A DNA stretch of 64,000 bases. Origin: Candidatus Latescibacterota bacterium (GTDB taxonomy: Bacteria > Latescibacterota > UBA2968). Positions 28,923 to 39,165 of the stretch are shown here, piece by piece (position 1 is the first letter of the stretch; the number at the start of each line of letters is the position of its first letter). The notes beneath the pieces were generated by a model, which made no database searches, was not told where the DNA came from, and worked only from the letters and a program-made list of their open reading frames with translations. The translations under genes were made by a program, and so were the position numbers. The stretch covers positions 2,784,001 through 2,848,000 of the forward strand of contig OZ241986.1 in the NCBI GenBank assembly GCA_965204375.1, given 5' to 3'.

Positions 28923-31130
28923 ATGATAGAAAAACACGACATGACAGAGGAACAAATTCGCAGCTATTACGGGTGGGCAGAAATCGATCCAGACCGGGCG
29001 GTTATAGCCGGAGAAACGGGCACCTGGCGCATTGTATATCACGTGGGCAAATACGGAATAGACGATGGCGGCGTAATCAAAATCGCGTGGCGCGACGTAA
29101 GCGACTGGCAGCGACCGCAATTTGACGACCCCTCCGCGCCTGCTTATGCATCGGTCTCGACCACAGGACCGGCGACCTTGAAAGCCGTATTTGACAGACA
29201 GCGCTATATTCGACCGTGGCGATATTGCGTCACCATCGATGTATTTGACGACTCACTGTCAGAAGGCGACACCGTCACACTAATATTGGGTGACACATCC
29301 GGCGGAAGCGCGGGCAGCCGCGCCCAAACCTTTTGCAAAGATGCGTTTGAATTTCGGGTATCGGTTGACTGGTGCGGCACATGGGTATATACAGAAGTAC
29401 CATCCCCCAAAGTACCAATCATAAGCGGTGCGCCCAATAAACTCGTCGTACTGGGACCTTCTGAAACAACGACGGGGGAAACCACCTGGATCGGAATAAA
29501 AGCCGAAGACATCTGGGGCAATCCGTGTGCGGAATACAGGGGCACAGTAAAAATCGACGCCGATGGCCTGCACGGACTACCCGAAACTTATGTATTTGAG
29601 CCAGAGCATCGCGGCGTCATGCGATTTGAAAATGTGACAGCCCCCACACCGGACATATATCGCGTACAGGTCCAGGACGAAAACAACGACTTTGAGGCAG
29701 AATGTAATCCACTCATAAGCATTGAAACGCGCAAAAACGCGCAACCCTTTTGGGGCGATCTCCACGGGCAAAGCGAGGAAACCGTGGGAACCAATCCGGT
29801 CTCATCCTACTTTCGTTTTGCGCGAGAAAAAGCGTGGATGGATTTTGTAGGACATCAGGGCAATGACTTCCAGATTACAGAAGCAATCTGGAACGAAATC
29901 AAACACCAGGCCAATACCCAAAATACTGCGGGCAAATTCGTCGCCTTTGTCGGTTGGGAATGGTCGGGCAACACGCCTTTGGGCGGCGATCACAACGTCT
30001 ATTATCCCGGCGACGATGGACCGTTGCACCGCTCCAGCCATGTCCTCATCGAAGACAAATCAGATATAGATACAGATTGTCAGCACATAACCGACCTCTA
30101 CCGCGCACTCAGGAGAAAAGACGCGCTCCTGATACCCCATGTGGGCGGGCGCTATGCCAACCTGACCTGGCACGACCCAAACCTGGAGACCGTAATCGAG
30201 GTTTTATCCGAATGGGGCGAATTTGAATGGTTCCTAAAAGAAGCCCTTGAAAAAGGCTATCGCATCGGATTCACCTGCGGCAGTGACGACCACAAAGGCC
30301 GCCCGGGTGCCGCACATCCGGGCAGCGGCGCATTTGGCATTTACGGCGGAATCACATGTGTATATGCAAAAGAACTGACGCGAGAAAGCTTATGGAAAGG
30401 AATAAAAACAAGGCGGTGTTACGGCACCAGTGGACAGCGCATCCTCATAGACGTCACCGTAGGTGGACAGCCCATGGGATCGGACCTCGCAACCAACACA
30501 CCACCCGAAATCGCCGTCAGTGTTTGGGGCACTGCGCCAATAGAAAAAGTGGATATCTTCAGAGGCACGGAAATCATTTATACACATCCCCAAACCATTC
30601 CCCGGCAACAAACAGACATACGCATTGCGTGGTCCGGACAGCGCATCCGGGCGCGCAACCGACTCGTGCGCTGGGATGGCGAGGTAACAATAGATAAAGG
30701 GCGAATCACAGACGCCAGAGGCTTTGCATTTGATTCCGCATCCGAAGGCATTCAATCTGCCGACGACCAATCGGTAACCTGGACATCGGTAACAACCGGC
30801 GATGCCGACGGCATCATTTTAACCCTGGACGCTCCCCCCGATGCAACAATCAATTTTGGAACACCCGTCTTGTCGCAAGCGTTAAAACTTACAGAGATCG
30901 CACAAGGACCGGTTGTAATCGACGCAGGCGGTATTGATATGAAGGTCGTATTTGAACAAATGCCCACAGGCATTGGACGCGACATCGCATTTACTCATAC
31001 TGAGAACCAGTTACATCCCGGCTGTCATCCCTATTGGGTGCGCGTAACGCAAATTGATGGCGGAAAAGCGTGGGTGAGTCCGGTATATGTGAAGTGTGAT
31101 CCGCAGATGACGCAGAAAAAACGCGAGTAA
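28923..31130 (+). CDS. DUF3604-like protein (PHP-type metal-binding hydrolase fold)
   Basis: FWGDLHGQS, GWEWS...GDHNVYY, IPHVGG, GSDDHKGRPG, RRCYGTSG and AWVSPV motifs. Confidence 0.65.
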   Translation: MIEKHDMTEEQIRSYYGWAEIDPDRAVIAGETGTWRIVYHVGKYGIDDGGVIKIAWRDVSDWQRPQFDDPSAPAYASVSTTGPATLKAVFDRQRYIRPWRYCVTIDVFDDSLSEGDTVTLILGDTSGGSAGSRAQTFCKDAFEFRVSVDWCGTWVYTEVPSPKVPIISGAPNKLVVLGPSETTTGETTWIGIKAEDIWGNPCAEYRGTVKIDADGLHGLPETYVFEPEHRGVMRFENVTAPTPDIYRVQVQDENNDFEAECNPLISIETRKNAQPFWGDLHGQSEETVGTNPVSSYFRFAREKAWMDFVGHQGNDFQITEAIWNEIKHQANTQNTAGKFVAFVGWEWSGNTPLGGDHNVYYPGDDGPLHRSSHVLIEDKSDIDTDCQHITDLYRALRRKDALLIPHVGGRYANLTWHDPNLETVIEVLSEWGEFEWFLKEALEKGYRIGFTCGSDDHKGRPGAAHPGSGAFGIYGGITCVYAKELTRESLWKGIKTRRCYGTSGQRILIDVTVGGQPMGSDLATNTPPEIAVSVWGTAPIEKVDIFRGTEIIYTHPQTIPRQQTDIRIAWSGQRIRARNRLVRWDGEVTIDKGRITDARGFAFDSASEGIQSADDQSVTWTSVTTGDADGIILTLDAPPDATINFGTPVLSQALKLTEIAQGPVVIDAGGIDMKVVFEQMPTGIGRDIAFTHTENQLHPGCHPYWVRVTQIDGGKAWVSPVYVKCDPQMTQKKRE

Positions 31131-31180
31131 TTTGAGCGTTTTACGCAGATGAAAAAGGAACATAAAAACAGGAGATATAA

Positions 31181-32152
31181 ATGAACGAATACGCAGTCAC
31201 ATTCACCGAACGTGAAACCGCAAAATTGCTACCAGTTGAAATCGATACAGACGCGATCGGTGCAAACGAAGTCGCGGGTCATACCCTTGCAACCCTCATC
31301 AGCGCGGGCACGGAATTAAACAGCGGGTATCTCGGCAACAATTTTCCCAAGCAATCGGGATACGCGGCGGCCTTCAAAGTTGAAAAAGTGGGAAAAAATG
31401 TCTCGGGCATTTCTCCGGGCGACCTCGTCTTCTGCCCGGGCAATCACGCCTCCTATCAGCGAAAGCCCGCCTCGCAGGTAATTCGCCTGCCCGACAACCT
31501 CACGCCAGAAACATCTGTATTTGCCCGCATGATGGGCGTCTCAATGACCACCCTCACAACCACCTCGGCGCGGCCACCCGCCAAAATTCTCATCACTGGA
31601 CTCGGACTCGTCGGCCATCTCGCAGCCAAAAACTTTCAAGCCTGCGGATACGACGTCTATGCCTGTGACCCGGTTGAATCGCGGCGGCAAATTGCCTCAG
31701 AAACGGGAATTCACAATGTACTGGATGCCGTGCCCCTGGAAAATCCCGACCTCTCGGGCCAATTTCACCTCGCCATTGAATGCTCGGGACACGAACAGGC
31801 CCTGCTCGATGCGGCAGGCGCCGTGAGAAAACGCGCCGAAGTCGTTTGCATTGCCACCCCCTGGCGTCGATTCACAGACCTGCTCATACACGACTTGCAC
31901 CACCTCATCTTCTTTAACTACGTCACCATTCGCAGCGGCTGGGAATGGGAACTGCCGCGCCAGCCAGAGGACTTTCGCACCAACAGCGTTTTTGAAAACT
32001 TCGCCGGTGCCATCAAATGGCTGGCCGAGGGCCGCGTCAATGTCGATGGCATCTACACAACATACGATCCCGAAAGATGCCAGCAAGCATATCAGGACCT
32101 TTTGCACAAAAACACCGAACGCCTCGCGGTCGTCTTTGACTGGACGACTTGA
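31181..32152 (+). CDS. MDR/zinc-type alcohol dehydrogenase-like oxidoreductase
   Basis: LISAGTE, GY, ITGLGLVG and IECSG motifs. Confidence 0.8.
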   Translation: MNEYAVTFTERETAKLLPVEIDTDAIGANEVAGHTLATLISAGTELNSGYLGNNFPKQSGYAAAFKVEKVGKNVSGISPGDLVFCPGNHASYQRKPASQVIRLPDNLTPETSVFARMMGVSMTTLTTTSARPPAKILITGLGLVGHLAAKNFQACGYDVYACDPVESRRQIASETGIHNVLDAVPLENPDLSGQFHLAIECSGHEQALLDAAGAVRKRAEVVCIATPWRRFTDLLIHDLHHLIFFNYVTIRSGWEWELPRQPEDFRTNSVFENFAGAIKWLAEGRVNVDGIYTTYDPERCQQAYQDLLHKNTERLAVVFDWTT

Positions 32153-32210
32153 AATTGGCGATTATAGATCAACTTCAGGCGGGTCTTCGGACTCGCCCTT
32201 TTTGCGTGTA

Positions 32211-32972
32211 TCAGATGTGCATACGCAACATGGGACGGCTGAATGAGACGGGCATGTACTCCCCGGTTTTGTGGCGTTTTGTACCGGGGATCATAAAATG
32301 GATGGCAAACGCGCGACGCTGGCGATCTGTGTGATTGGGCGGTGTGTAGTGCAGGGTTTGGCAATGGTGGAACATAACACCGCCGGCGGGCAACTCGACA
32401 ATTTCGGCTCTGGATATCTCCACTTGATCTTCAATATCAAACAGCGCATCGGTTTGAGATGAACGCTCATGAGTGAATGGCCGGAGATGAGAGCCAGGAA
32501 TAACGTGCATAGCCCCATTTTCAGCATCGGCATCGTCCAGAGTGAGCCAGCATGAGACGAGATTCGCCGGCATACATTGCCAGTACCCGTTGTCTTGATG
32601 CCAGAAAACCGCATCCCCGTTATGCGCGGGCTTGAAGAGCGCCTGATCGTGGAAGAGTTGAATATTTGGACCGATGAGCGCCTCGGCGATATCGAGTATG
32701 GGATCGTAGTAGATCAGTTCCCGATAGTGCAAATTGCGCTCACACATTTGCATAATTTGCAACATCTGTGTGGGGGCGTCGTTCTTTGCGCTGAGATCAT
32801 CGGTATTGCTAATGGCGAGATTGCGAAAGCGGTTATCCTTCCGCGCGGCTTCAAATTCGCGGTCATATTCCCGGCGCAATATCTCGATATGTTCATCCTC
32901 GAGAAGTTTGCCAATCGAGATATACCCATTCTGAAAAAAAAATTCGACTTGCTCCGGAGTTAATGCAGACAT
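32211..32972 (-). CDS. Phytanoyl-CoA dioxygenase (PhyH) family protein
   Basis: FFQNGY, WHQD, GAMHVIPGSH and TLHYTPPN...RR motifs. Confidence 0.9.
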   Translation of the reverse strand: MSALTPEQVEFFFQNGYISIGKLLEDEHIEILRREYDREFEAARKDNRFRNLAISNTDDLSAKNDAPTQMLQIMQMCERNLHYRELIYYDPILDIAEALIGPNIQLFHDQALFKPAHNGDAVFWHQDNGYWQCMPANLVSCWLTLDDADAENGAMHVIPGSHLRPFTHERSSQTDALFDIEDQVEISRAEIVELPAGGVMFHHCQTLHYTPPNHTDRQRRAFAIHFMIPGTKRHKTGEYMPVSFSRPMLRMHI

Positions 32973-32992
32973 TGTGTGCTCCTGGTCAAAAA

Positions 32993-34015
32993 CTAATCCA
33001 ACAACTCCTCTGTATAAGCAAACAGCGCAGGCGTCCCCCCCGTATGCACCATCACCACCGTCTCATCTTTGCCAATCTCGCCGCGATTCACCATATCGAT
33101 CAAACCCGCCAGCGTCTTACCTGTATAAATCGGCTCCAACAAAATCCCCTCCGTCCGCGCCAATAGCCTGATCGCCTCATTCCCCTCCGATGAACAATAC
33201 CCATATCCCTGCTCGCCGACGTACCGATCCACATTTTCAATCATAGACTCATCAAACGCGACATCCACATCCAGAATCTCCACCATTTTTCTCAATACAC
33301 CCAGAAATGCGTCTTTGAGATCATAAGACCACAAAATGGGCCTCACCCCCACAACCCGCACATCCAGACCCAAAACGGTCTTCCCAAAAATCAAACCCGG
33401 CTGTGTACAACTGCCCGAACACACAACAACAGTCGTAGGCGTCTCGCCTATCGCATCGAACTGATCCATCATCTCGGCCATACAAAGCGCATAACCCATT
33501 GCACCAAACGGGCGATTGGCCGCTTGCATCACCACAAAAGGCTTTCGCCCTTCGCGCTCAAATTTTTCTATCAATGCCTGCTTGGCATCGTCCAACAACT
33601 CCTGTGTTTCAACATCGATCAGATCGACATAAGCACCCAATAAATTATCCAGCAACAAATTGCCCTGCGTACTTCCGCTCTTGTGATCCTTCACCAGAAC
33701 CAGCGCACAATCCACCCCTATCTTTGCCGCTGCCGCCGCCAACTGCCGACTGTGATTGGACTGAGACCCCGCCCCACCGATAAGTACATCCGCACCGCGA
33801 ACTAAACCCTGCGCAATCGTAAACTCCAACTGCCGCGTCTTATTGCCGCCAAACGCCAGACCCGTACAATCATCGCGTTTGATATAAATCTTTGGACCGC
33901 CGACTTCTTCGGTCAACCGCTCGCAAAACTCGAGCGGCGTGGGCAAATGCCCCAGCGACACACGCGGCACCTTGCTAATGCGTGCTCTCAGTTCGTCACG
34001 GGAAATAACAGCCAT
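32993..34015 (-). CDS. D-cysteine desulfhydrase/ACC deaminase family PLP enzyme
   Basis: PTPLE, IKRDDCTGLAFGGNKTRQLE, QSNH, EPIYTGK and HTGG motifs. Confidence 0.9.
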   Translation of the reverse strand: MAVISRDELRARISKVPRVSLGHLPTPLEFCERLTEEVGGPKIYIKRDDCTGLAFGGNKTRQLEFTIAQGLVRGADVLIGGAGSQSNHSRQLAAAAAKIGVDCALVLVKDHKSGSTQGNLLLDNLLGAYVDLIDVETQELLDDAKQALIEKFEREGRKPFVVMQAANRPFGAMGYALCMAEMMDQFDAIGETPTTVVVCSGSCTQPGLIFGKTVLGLDVRVVGVRPILWSYDLKDAFLGVLRKMVEILDVDVAFDESMIENVDRYVGEQGYGYCSSEGNEAIRLLARTEGILLEPIYTGKTLAGLIDMVNRGEIGKDETVVMVHTGGTPALFAYTEELLD

Positions 34016-34205
34016 TATAAACCTCCGAAAAATTACTGTCACATGTGTATATCAGCGCAATCACAAGCCTATGGAAAGGAATATACACGCATGAAGCAAG
34101 CGAAAATGCCATTGACATTTCTCAAGATAGCGAATTATTTGTTAAGGGCAGTGCATACGAGGGTTACATCACCAAAAACCATCAACACAGAGCCAGGAGG
34201 ACCCC

Positions 34206-35183
34206 ATGAAAATACTCATCACCGGCATCACAGGGCGCATAGGCGGCAACCTGGCGGCGCAACTCGTTGAACAGGGACATCAGGTCCGCGGGCTTGTATG
34301 GCCCAAAGACCCGCGCGTAGAAAAATTTGAGGGCATCGACCTCGAACTCATCGAAGGCAGCCTCACCGAATATGAAGACGTGGAAAAAGTCACCGACGGT
34401 GTCGATGTAATCTATCACCTGGGCGCGGCCTTTCAGGGAGGCGGCCCATTTAAAGACAACGACTACTTTGAAATCAACCTGCGCGGCACCTTCCACATGC
34501 TCAAAGCCGCAACCCAACAGGACAACCTCAAACAATTCATCTTCGCAAGCACAGACGCCCTCTACGCCAAATATCCCCCCGAAGGAATGGACAAACCCAT
34601 CCGAGAAGACGCAATGCCCAGAGAACCGCGCGGTTGGTACGCCCTATCCAAATCCGTCGGTGAAGAAATGTGCTACGGGTACTGGCGCGCCCACCAACTG
34701 CCCATCACCATCTTGCGCTTTTGCCTGGTCGTCGGCGCGGGCGAAATCCTCGACTTCCGCCAATTTTATCTGAGCAAACTCAAAGGACTTCCCGAACTCA
34801 AAGCACTGTGGCGCGGCGAAGAACGCCTCCTCCTCCTCAAAGACATGAAAGGCCGCTCCTACAAAAAACACATCGCCGATGTGCGCGACATTACGCACGG
34901 CTGTATCTGTGCCTTAAACAAAACAGAAGCCGCTGGACACGCCATCCAACTCGGCGGACCGCGACCATTCACATGGGCCGAAGCCATTCCGTATTTGTCA
35001 CAACGCCTGAACATCCCCTATCAGGAAGCCATCTTACACGGCGCGCCCACACATTACGAATTTGACCTGACCAAAGCGCGCGACCTGATCGGCTTTAACC
35101 CGCAATACGACATCATCCGCATGATCGAAGACGCCATCGCCTATCGAGAGGGAAAAACCATCAACGTCTTGCCCACGGAATAG
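34206..35183 (+). CDS. NAD-dependent epimerase/dehydratase
   Basis: ITGITGRIG and YALSK (YxxxK); AGGAGG SD. Confidence 0.88.
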   Translation: MKILITGITGRIGGNLAAQLVEQGHQVRGLVWPKDPRVEKFEGIDLELIEGSLTEYEDVEKVTDGVDVIYHLGAAFQGGGPFKDNDYFEINLRGTFHMLKAATQQDNLKQFIFASTDALYAKYPPEGMDKPIREDAMPREPRGWYALSKSVGEEMCYGYWRAHQLPITILRFCLVVGAGEILDFRQFYLSKLKGLPELKALWRGEERLLLLKDMKGRSYKKHIADVRDITHGCICALNKTEAAGHAIQLGGPRPFTWAEAIPYLSQRLNIPYQEAILHGAPTHYEFDLTKARDLIGFNPQYDIIRMIEDAIAYREGKTINVLPTE

Positions 35184-35274
35184 GATCAGGATGGGCAGGA
35201 TGAAAGGATGAGCAGGATGCCCCTCTCCGCCCAAAACTGGATCAGGATAGCAGGATGAAAGGATGGACAGGATA
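35183..35274 (+). repeat. Two ~37-bp direct repeats built from (C/A)AGGAT(G) units
   Basis: ggatcaggatgggcaggatgaaaggatgagcaggatg and ggatcaggatagcaggatgaaaggatggacaggata; 10 GGAT in total. Confidence 0.75.
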
Positions 35275-35307
35275 CACCCTGCCTCCCCTAAAACCAAGAG
35301 GAAACAC

Positions 35308-36813
35308 ATGTCTCAACCCAACATACTCATGATCATCTCAGACCAGATGACGCCCTTTCTCACGGGCGCTTATGGCCATCCCGTCGTCCAAACGCCTGCG
35401 CTAAACTCGCTGGCAGAAAACGGCATCCGCTTTGACGCGGCCTATACGCCTTTCCCGCTCTGTTCACCTGGACGTGCCTGCTTCATGACGGGAAACAATG
35501 CCGCAAAAATCGGCGCGTATGACAACGGTGCTGAACTCCGATCAGACATCCCCACATTTGCCCACCACCTCACCCGCGCCGGATATGACACCGTCCTATC
35601 TGGCAAAATGCACTTCATAGGTGCCGATCAACTCCACGGCTTCAGCCGCCGCCTCACCACAGACATCTACCCGGAAGATTTCCGGTGGGTCAAACCCGAA
35701 TGGATACACATCAAAGAAACCAAAGGGGAAAATTACCAGGCCATCATGGAACAACGAGGCAGGTATAACGCCGCCAATTACGACGGACACAAGATCCAAA
35801 TCGACACCTGGCACGGTCCCCTCAGCTACGACGAGGAAACGCACTTCCGATCACTGGAATACCTCCACGCCGTCGGCGCACAGAAAAATCCCAAACCCTT
35901 TCTCCTGTGCGCGTCTTATCACCATCCCCACGAACCCTTTTGGCCGCCCCAATCCTATTGGGATATGTACGAAAATGCAGACATCGAAATACCCACTTTG
36001 CCAGACAACCTGGACGACACATACTCCATGATGGACAAATGGCTCAACGCCTATCACGGCACGCGCAAACACGACCTGCGCGACCCGGACGCCCTCTACA
36101 AACTCCGCCGCGCCTATTACGGACTCGTCACATACATGGACGACAAAGTGGGAGAACTCCTCGCCTCACTCAAAGAAAATGGCCTGGACGAAAACACCAT
36201 CGTAATCTTCTTTTCCGATCACGGCGACATGCTCTGCGAAAAAGAAATGGTCCAAAAACGAACCTTCTACGACTGGTCCAGCCGCGTCCCCTTCTTTATC
36301 CGCTTTCCAGACCATTACAAAGCCGGCAGCACAATCGACCAGCCCGTCTCGCTCATTGACCTGTTGCCCACCTTATGTGACATAGCAGGCACAGAAGACC
36401 ACTACCCCTGCGATGGCACCAGTCTGATGCCGCTCATTGAAGGCGCGGAAACAGAAGACCGAGAAATTTTTGTTGAAGCCCACGAAGCAGTTGGCGCCCC
36501 TTGTGTCATGATTCGCAAAAACAATTACAAATACAACCACATCCACGGACGTGAGCCGCAGCTTTTTGACCTCGACGCCGACCCGGGCGAATGGAATAAT
36601 CTCAGCGGCCAGCCAGACCATGCGGAAATCGAAACCTATCTCCGCACGCGCATCCTCGACAACTATGACTTCGACACCATAGCCGAAGCCAATTTAGACA
36701 GCCTGTATCGCAGGCAACTCATCCACGAGGCAATGCAAGCCAATGGCACATCCTGGGCGTACAATCCGAGCTTTGACCCAACCAAAAACGCACAGACACA
36801 ATATCTTCCATAA
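35308..36813 (+). CDS. Sulfatase (choline-sulfatase-like)
   Basis: PNILMIISDQ, CSPGR (formylglycine motif), GKMHFIGADQLHGF and SDHG. Confidence 0.88.
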   Translation: MSQPNILMIISDQMTPFLTGAYGHPVVQTPALNSLAENGIRFDAAYTPFPLCSPGRACFMTGNNAAKIGAYDNGAELRSDIPTFAHHLTRAGYDTVLSGKMHFIGADQLHGFSRRLTTDIYPEDFRWVKPEWIHIKETKGENYQAIMEQRGRYNAANYDGHKIQIDTWHGPLSYDEETHFRSLEYLHAVGAQKNPKPFLLCASYHHPHEPFWPPQSYWDMYENADIEIPTLPDNLDDTYSMMDKWLNAYHGTRKHDLRDPDALYKLRRAYYGLVTYMDDKVGELLASLKENGLDENTIVIFFSDHGDMLCEKEMVQKRTFYDWSSRVPFFIRFPDHYKAGSTIDQPVSLIDLLPTLCDIAGTEDHYPCDGTSLMPLIEGAETEDREIFVEAHEAVGAPCVMIRKNNYKYNHIHGREPQLFDLDADPGEWNNLSGQPDHAEIETYLRTRILDNYDFDTIAEANLDSLYRRQLIHEAMQANGTSWAYNPSFDPTKNAQTQYLP

Positions 36814-36829
36814 CGAACAGGAGCAACCA

Positions 36830-37744
36830 ATGTCCAACAACACACCATTCATCGTCGATAAAAACCTCGGCGTCAACATGACCGTCGAACCAGAAGACCT
36901 CACGCAAACCAACGCCGATGGAGAAGCCGCCATCGCGCCCACACAAGAAGAAAAATATCTCTTTGATGCGCGCGGTTGGTTGCTTTTCCCGGGCATCCTG
37001 TCCGATGACGACATACGCGACATGCGCGAATATGCGCTACAGGTCAAACACGAGCCACAAACGCTGCCCGAACACGAACAATCCTACCTGGCAGGTCCCT
37101 TGCAAAAACTCGCCGACCATCCCATAGTCGTCGGTTTTATGAACGAATTTGTCGCCCACCCCCATCTCGCCAGCCCCGATGGCTATGGCTTTCGCATGGA
37201 AGCATCGAACATCCGATTCCGCTCAACGCGTACCGGCGAAGTCGGCGGATTTCGCCCACACAATGGCAACGGCCTGTTTCGCTTTGCAATCGACTCGCAC
37301 CATTATCAGTGCATCCCCGGCAAAGCGTATAGCGGTCTAACCCGCGTAGTCTGGGAACTCGCCCCTGTACAAAAAGGCAAAGGCGGAACACTGGTGGTCA
37401 GCGGCAGCCACAAAGCAGTTTATACCGCGCCAGAATCCATCCACGACCCAAACTCACCCATCTGGGACACCTACGAATGCCCGGCTGGCTCACTGCTCAT
37501 TTTCACCGAAGCCCTCACTCACAGCGCCACGCCCTGGACAGATGAAACAACCGACCGCGTTGCCATCTTCAACCTCTACAACACCATCGGCAGCAAATGG
37601 AGCAACTGGCACCCACACCCGGACCTGCTCGCCTCCATGCCACCCAAACGCCAGAGCCTGTTCCGAGACGTGCGCTGCGCCGCCAATCGCATTGGCGGTA
37701 ACGGACGCTATCACGGCGGAAATCTCAAGGATATAAAGGCGTGA
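36830..37744 (+). CDS. PhyH-like Fe(II)/2OG dioxygenase family protein
   Basis: YLFDARGW, GGTLVVSGSHK and AGSLLIFTEALTH motifs. Confidence 0.75.
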   Translation: MSNNTPFIVDKNLGVNMTVEPEDLTQTNADGEAAIAPTQEEKYLFDARGWLLFPGILSDDDIRDMREYALQVKHEPQTLPEHEQSYLAGPLQKLADHPIVVGFMNEFVAHPHLASPDGYGFRMEASNIRFRSTRTGEVGGFRPHNGNGLFRFAIDSHHYQCIPGKAYSGLTRVVWELAPVQKGKGGTLVVSGSHKAVYTAPESIHDPNSPIWDTYECPAGSLLIFTEALTHSATPWTDETTDRVAIFNLYNTIGSKWSNWHPHPDLLASMPPKRQSLFRDVRCAANRIGGNGRYHGGNLKDIKA

Positions 37745-37848
37745 GACGTAAAACGTAAAACGCGAGACAAAGCATCAGCCTTTGGGCGGTGATGGGTGGA
37801 CTTCTCACTTCTCACCTCTCACTTCTTACTTTCTTTCGGAGCTTTTTT

Positions 37849-39165
37849 ATGCCAAACCTATCTAACCGTCCCAACATCCTCTTCTTTTTTCCCGACCAAC
37901 TACGCTTTGATTGGATCGGCAGCAATCCCGACATAGCGGTACGCTCGCCCAACCTGGACCGCCTGCAAAAAAACGGAGTGACATTCTCCAAAACCGTCTG
38001 CCCCGCACCCGTATGCGCGCCCAGTCGCGCATGTGTTGCAGCCGGCGCAGAATACGACAACTGCCCGGTCAAAGGAAACAGCGACGACTATCCCACAGAC
38101 CGCGCCACCGTTTACAGCATACTCCGCGACAGCGGATACCACACACTGGGATGTGGCAAATTCGACCTCAACAAAGGCACCTGCACATCCAACCTGCCAG
38201 CCTGGGGACTGGATGGCAAACGCCATTTGAAAGAATGGGGATTCTCGGACGGCATCAACAACGAAGGCAAAATAGACGGAGCCAACAGCGGGCGAGAAAA
38301 ACCGCAAGGACCCTATTTGCAATACCTCGAAGAGCGCGGCCTGCGCCAGATGCACCTCAAAGACTTTGCCAACCGCAAAGGCCAGAGGAGCACCTTTGCC
38401 ACGCCACTGCCCGATGACGCCTATTGCGACAACTGGATCGGGCAAAATGGCCGGGACCTCATCCAATCGGTCCCCGAGGACAAACCCTGGTTCATACAGG
38501 TCAATTTCAACGGCCCCCACCTGCCTCTGGACATCACGGAAAGCATGGCAAAACTCTACGAAAACGTCGATTTCCCACAGCCGAACCACAACGACCAACT
38601 CACACCCGATGAACTCCTCGGAGCCAGGCGAAATTACTCCGCCATGGTCGAAAACATCGACCATCAGGTTGGTCTCTACTTAGACCTGCTCGAAGAACGA
38701 GGCGAATTGGACAATACCCTCATCGTCTTTTCCTCGGATCACGGTGAAATGCTCGGCGACCACAATTCCTGGGGCAAGGGCAAACCCCTGCACCCCTCGG
38801 CCAGCGTGCCCCTCGTCATCTCAGGACCCGGTGTACAACAGGGCATAACCCATGACCTGCCCACAACCAACCTGGACCTCACTGCCACCTTCCTCGACTA
38901 TGCGGGTCTGAACATTCCCGACGACATGGACAGCCGCTCCCTCCGCAACCTCCTCGAAGGCACGACCAGCACGCATCGGGACATCGTCCTATCCGGCCTT
39001 GGCAACTGGCGCATGGCTTATGACGGCCGCTACAAATACATCGAAGGATTTGGCGACACACCCATGCTCTTTGATCTCGACACCGACCCACTCGAAAACA
39101 ACAATATCATCGATGACCCCGTCGTCTCAGCGCATGTTGCACGGCTGAAAGCAGAGCTGATATAA
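37849..39165 (+). CDS. Sulfatase
   Basis: PNILFFFPDQ, CAPSR and SDHGEMLGDH motifs. Confidence 0.9.
   Translation: MPNLSNRPNILFFFPDQLRFDWIGSNPDIAVRSPNLDRLQKNGVTFSKTVCPAPVCAPSRACVAAGAEYDNCPVKGNSDDYPTDRATVYSILRDSGYHTLGCGKFDLNKGTCTSNLPAWGLDGKRHLKEWGFSDGINNEGKIDGANSGREKPQGPYLQYLEERGLRQMHLKDFANRKGQRSTFATPLPDDAYCDNWIGQNGRDLIQSVPEDKPWFIQVNFNGPHLPLDITESMAKLYENVDFPQPNHNDQLTPDELLGARRNYSAMVENIDHQVGLYLDLLEERGELDNTLIVFSSDHGEMLGDHNSWGKGKPLHPSASVPLVISGPGVQQGITHDLPTTNLDLTATFLDYAGLNIPDDMDSRSLRNLLEGTTSTHRDIVLSGLGNWRMAYDGRYKYIEGFGDTPMLFDLDTDPLENNNIIDDPVVSAHVARLKAELI

Noticed and set aside
35183-35274. Possible CRISPR mini-array
   Set aside because: Only two low-complexity repeats with a ~19-nt gap, and no cas genes in the window.
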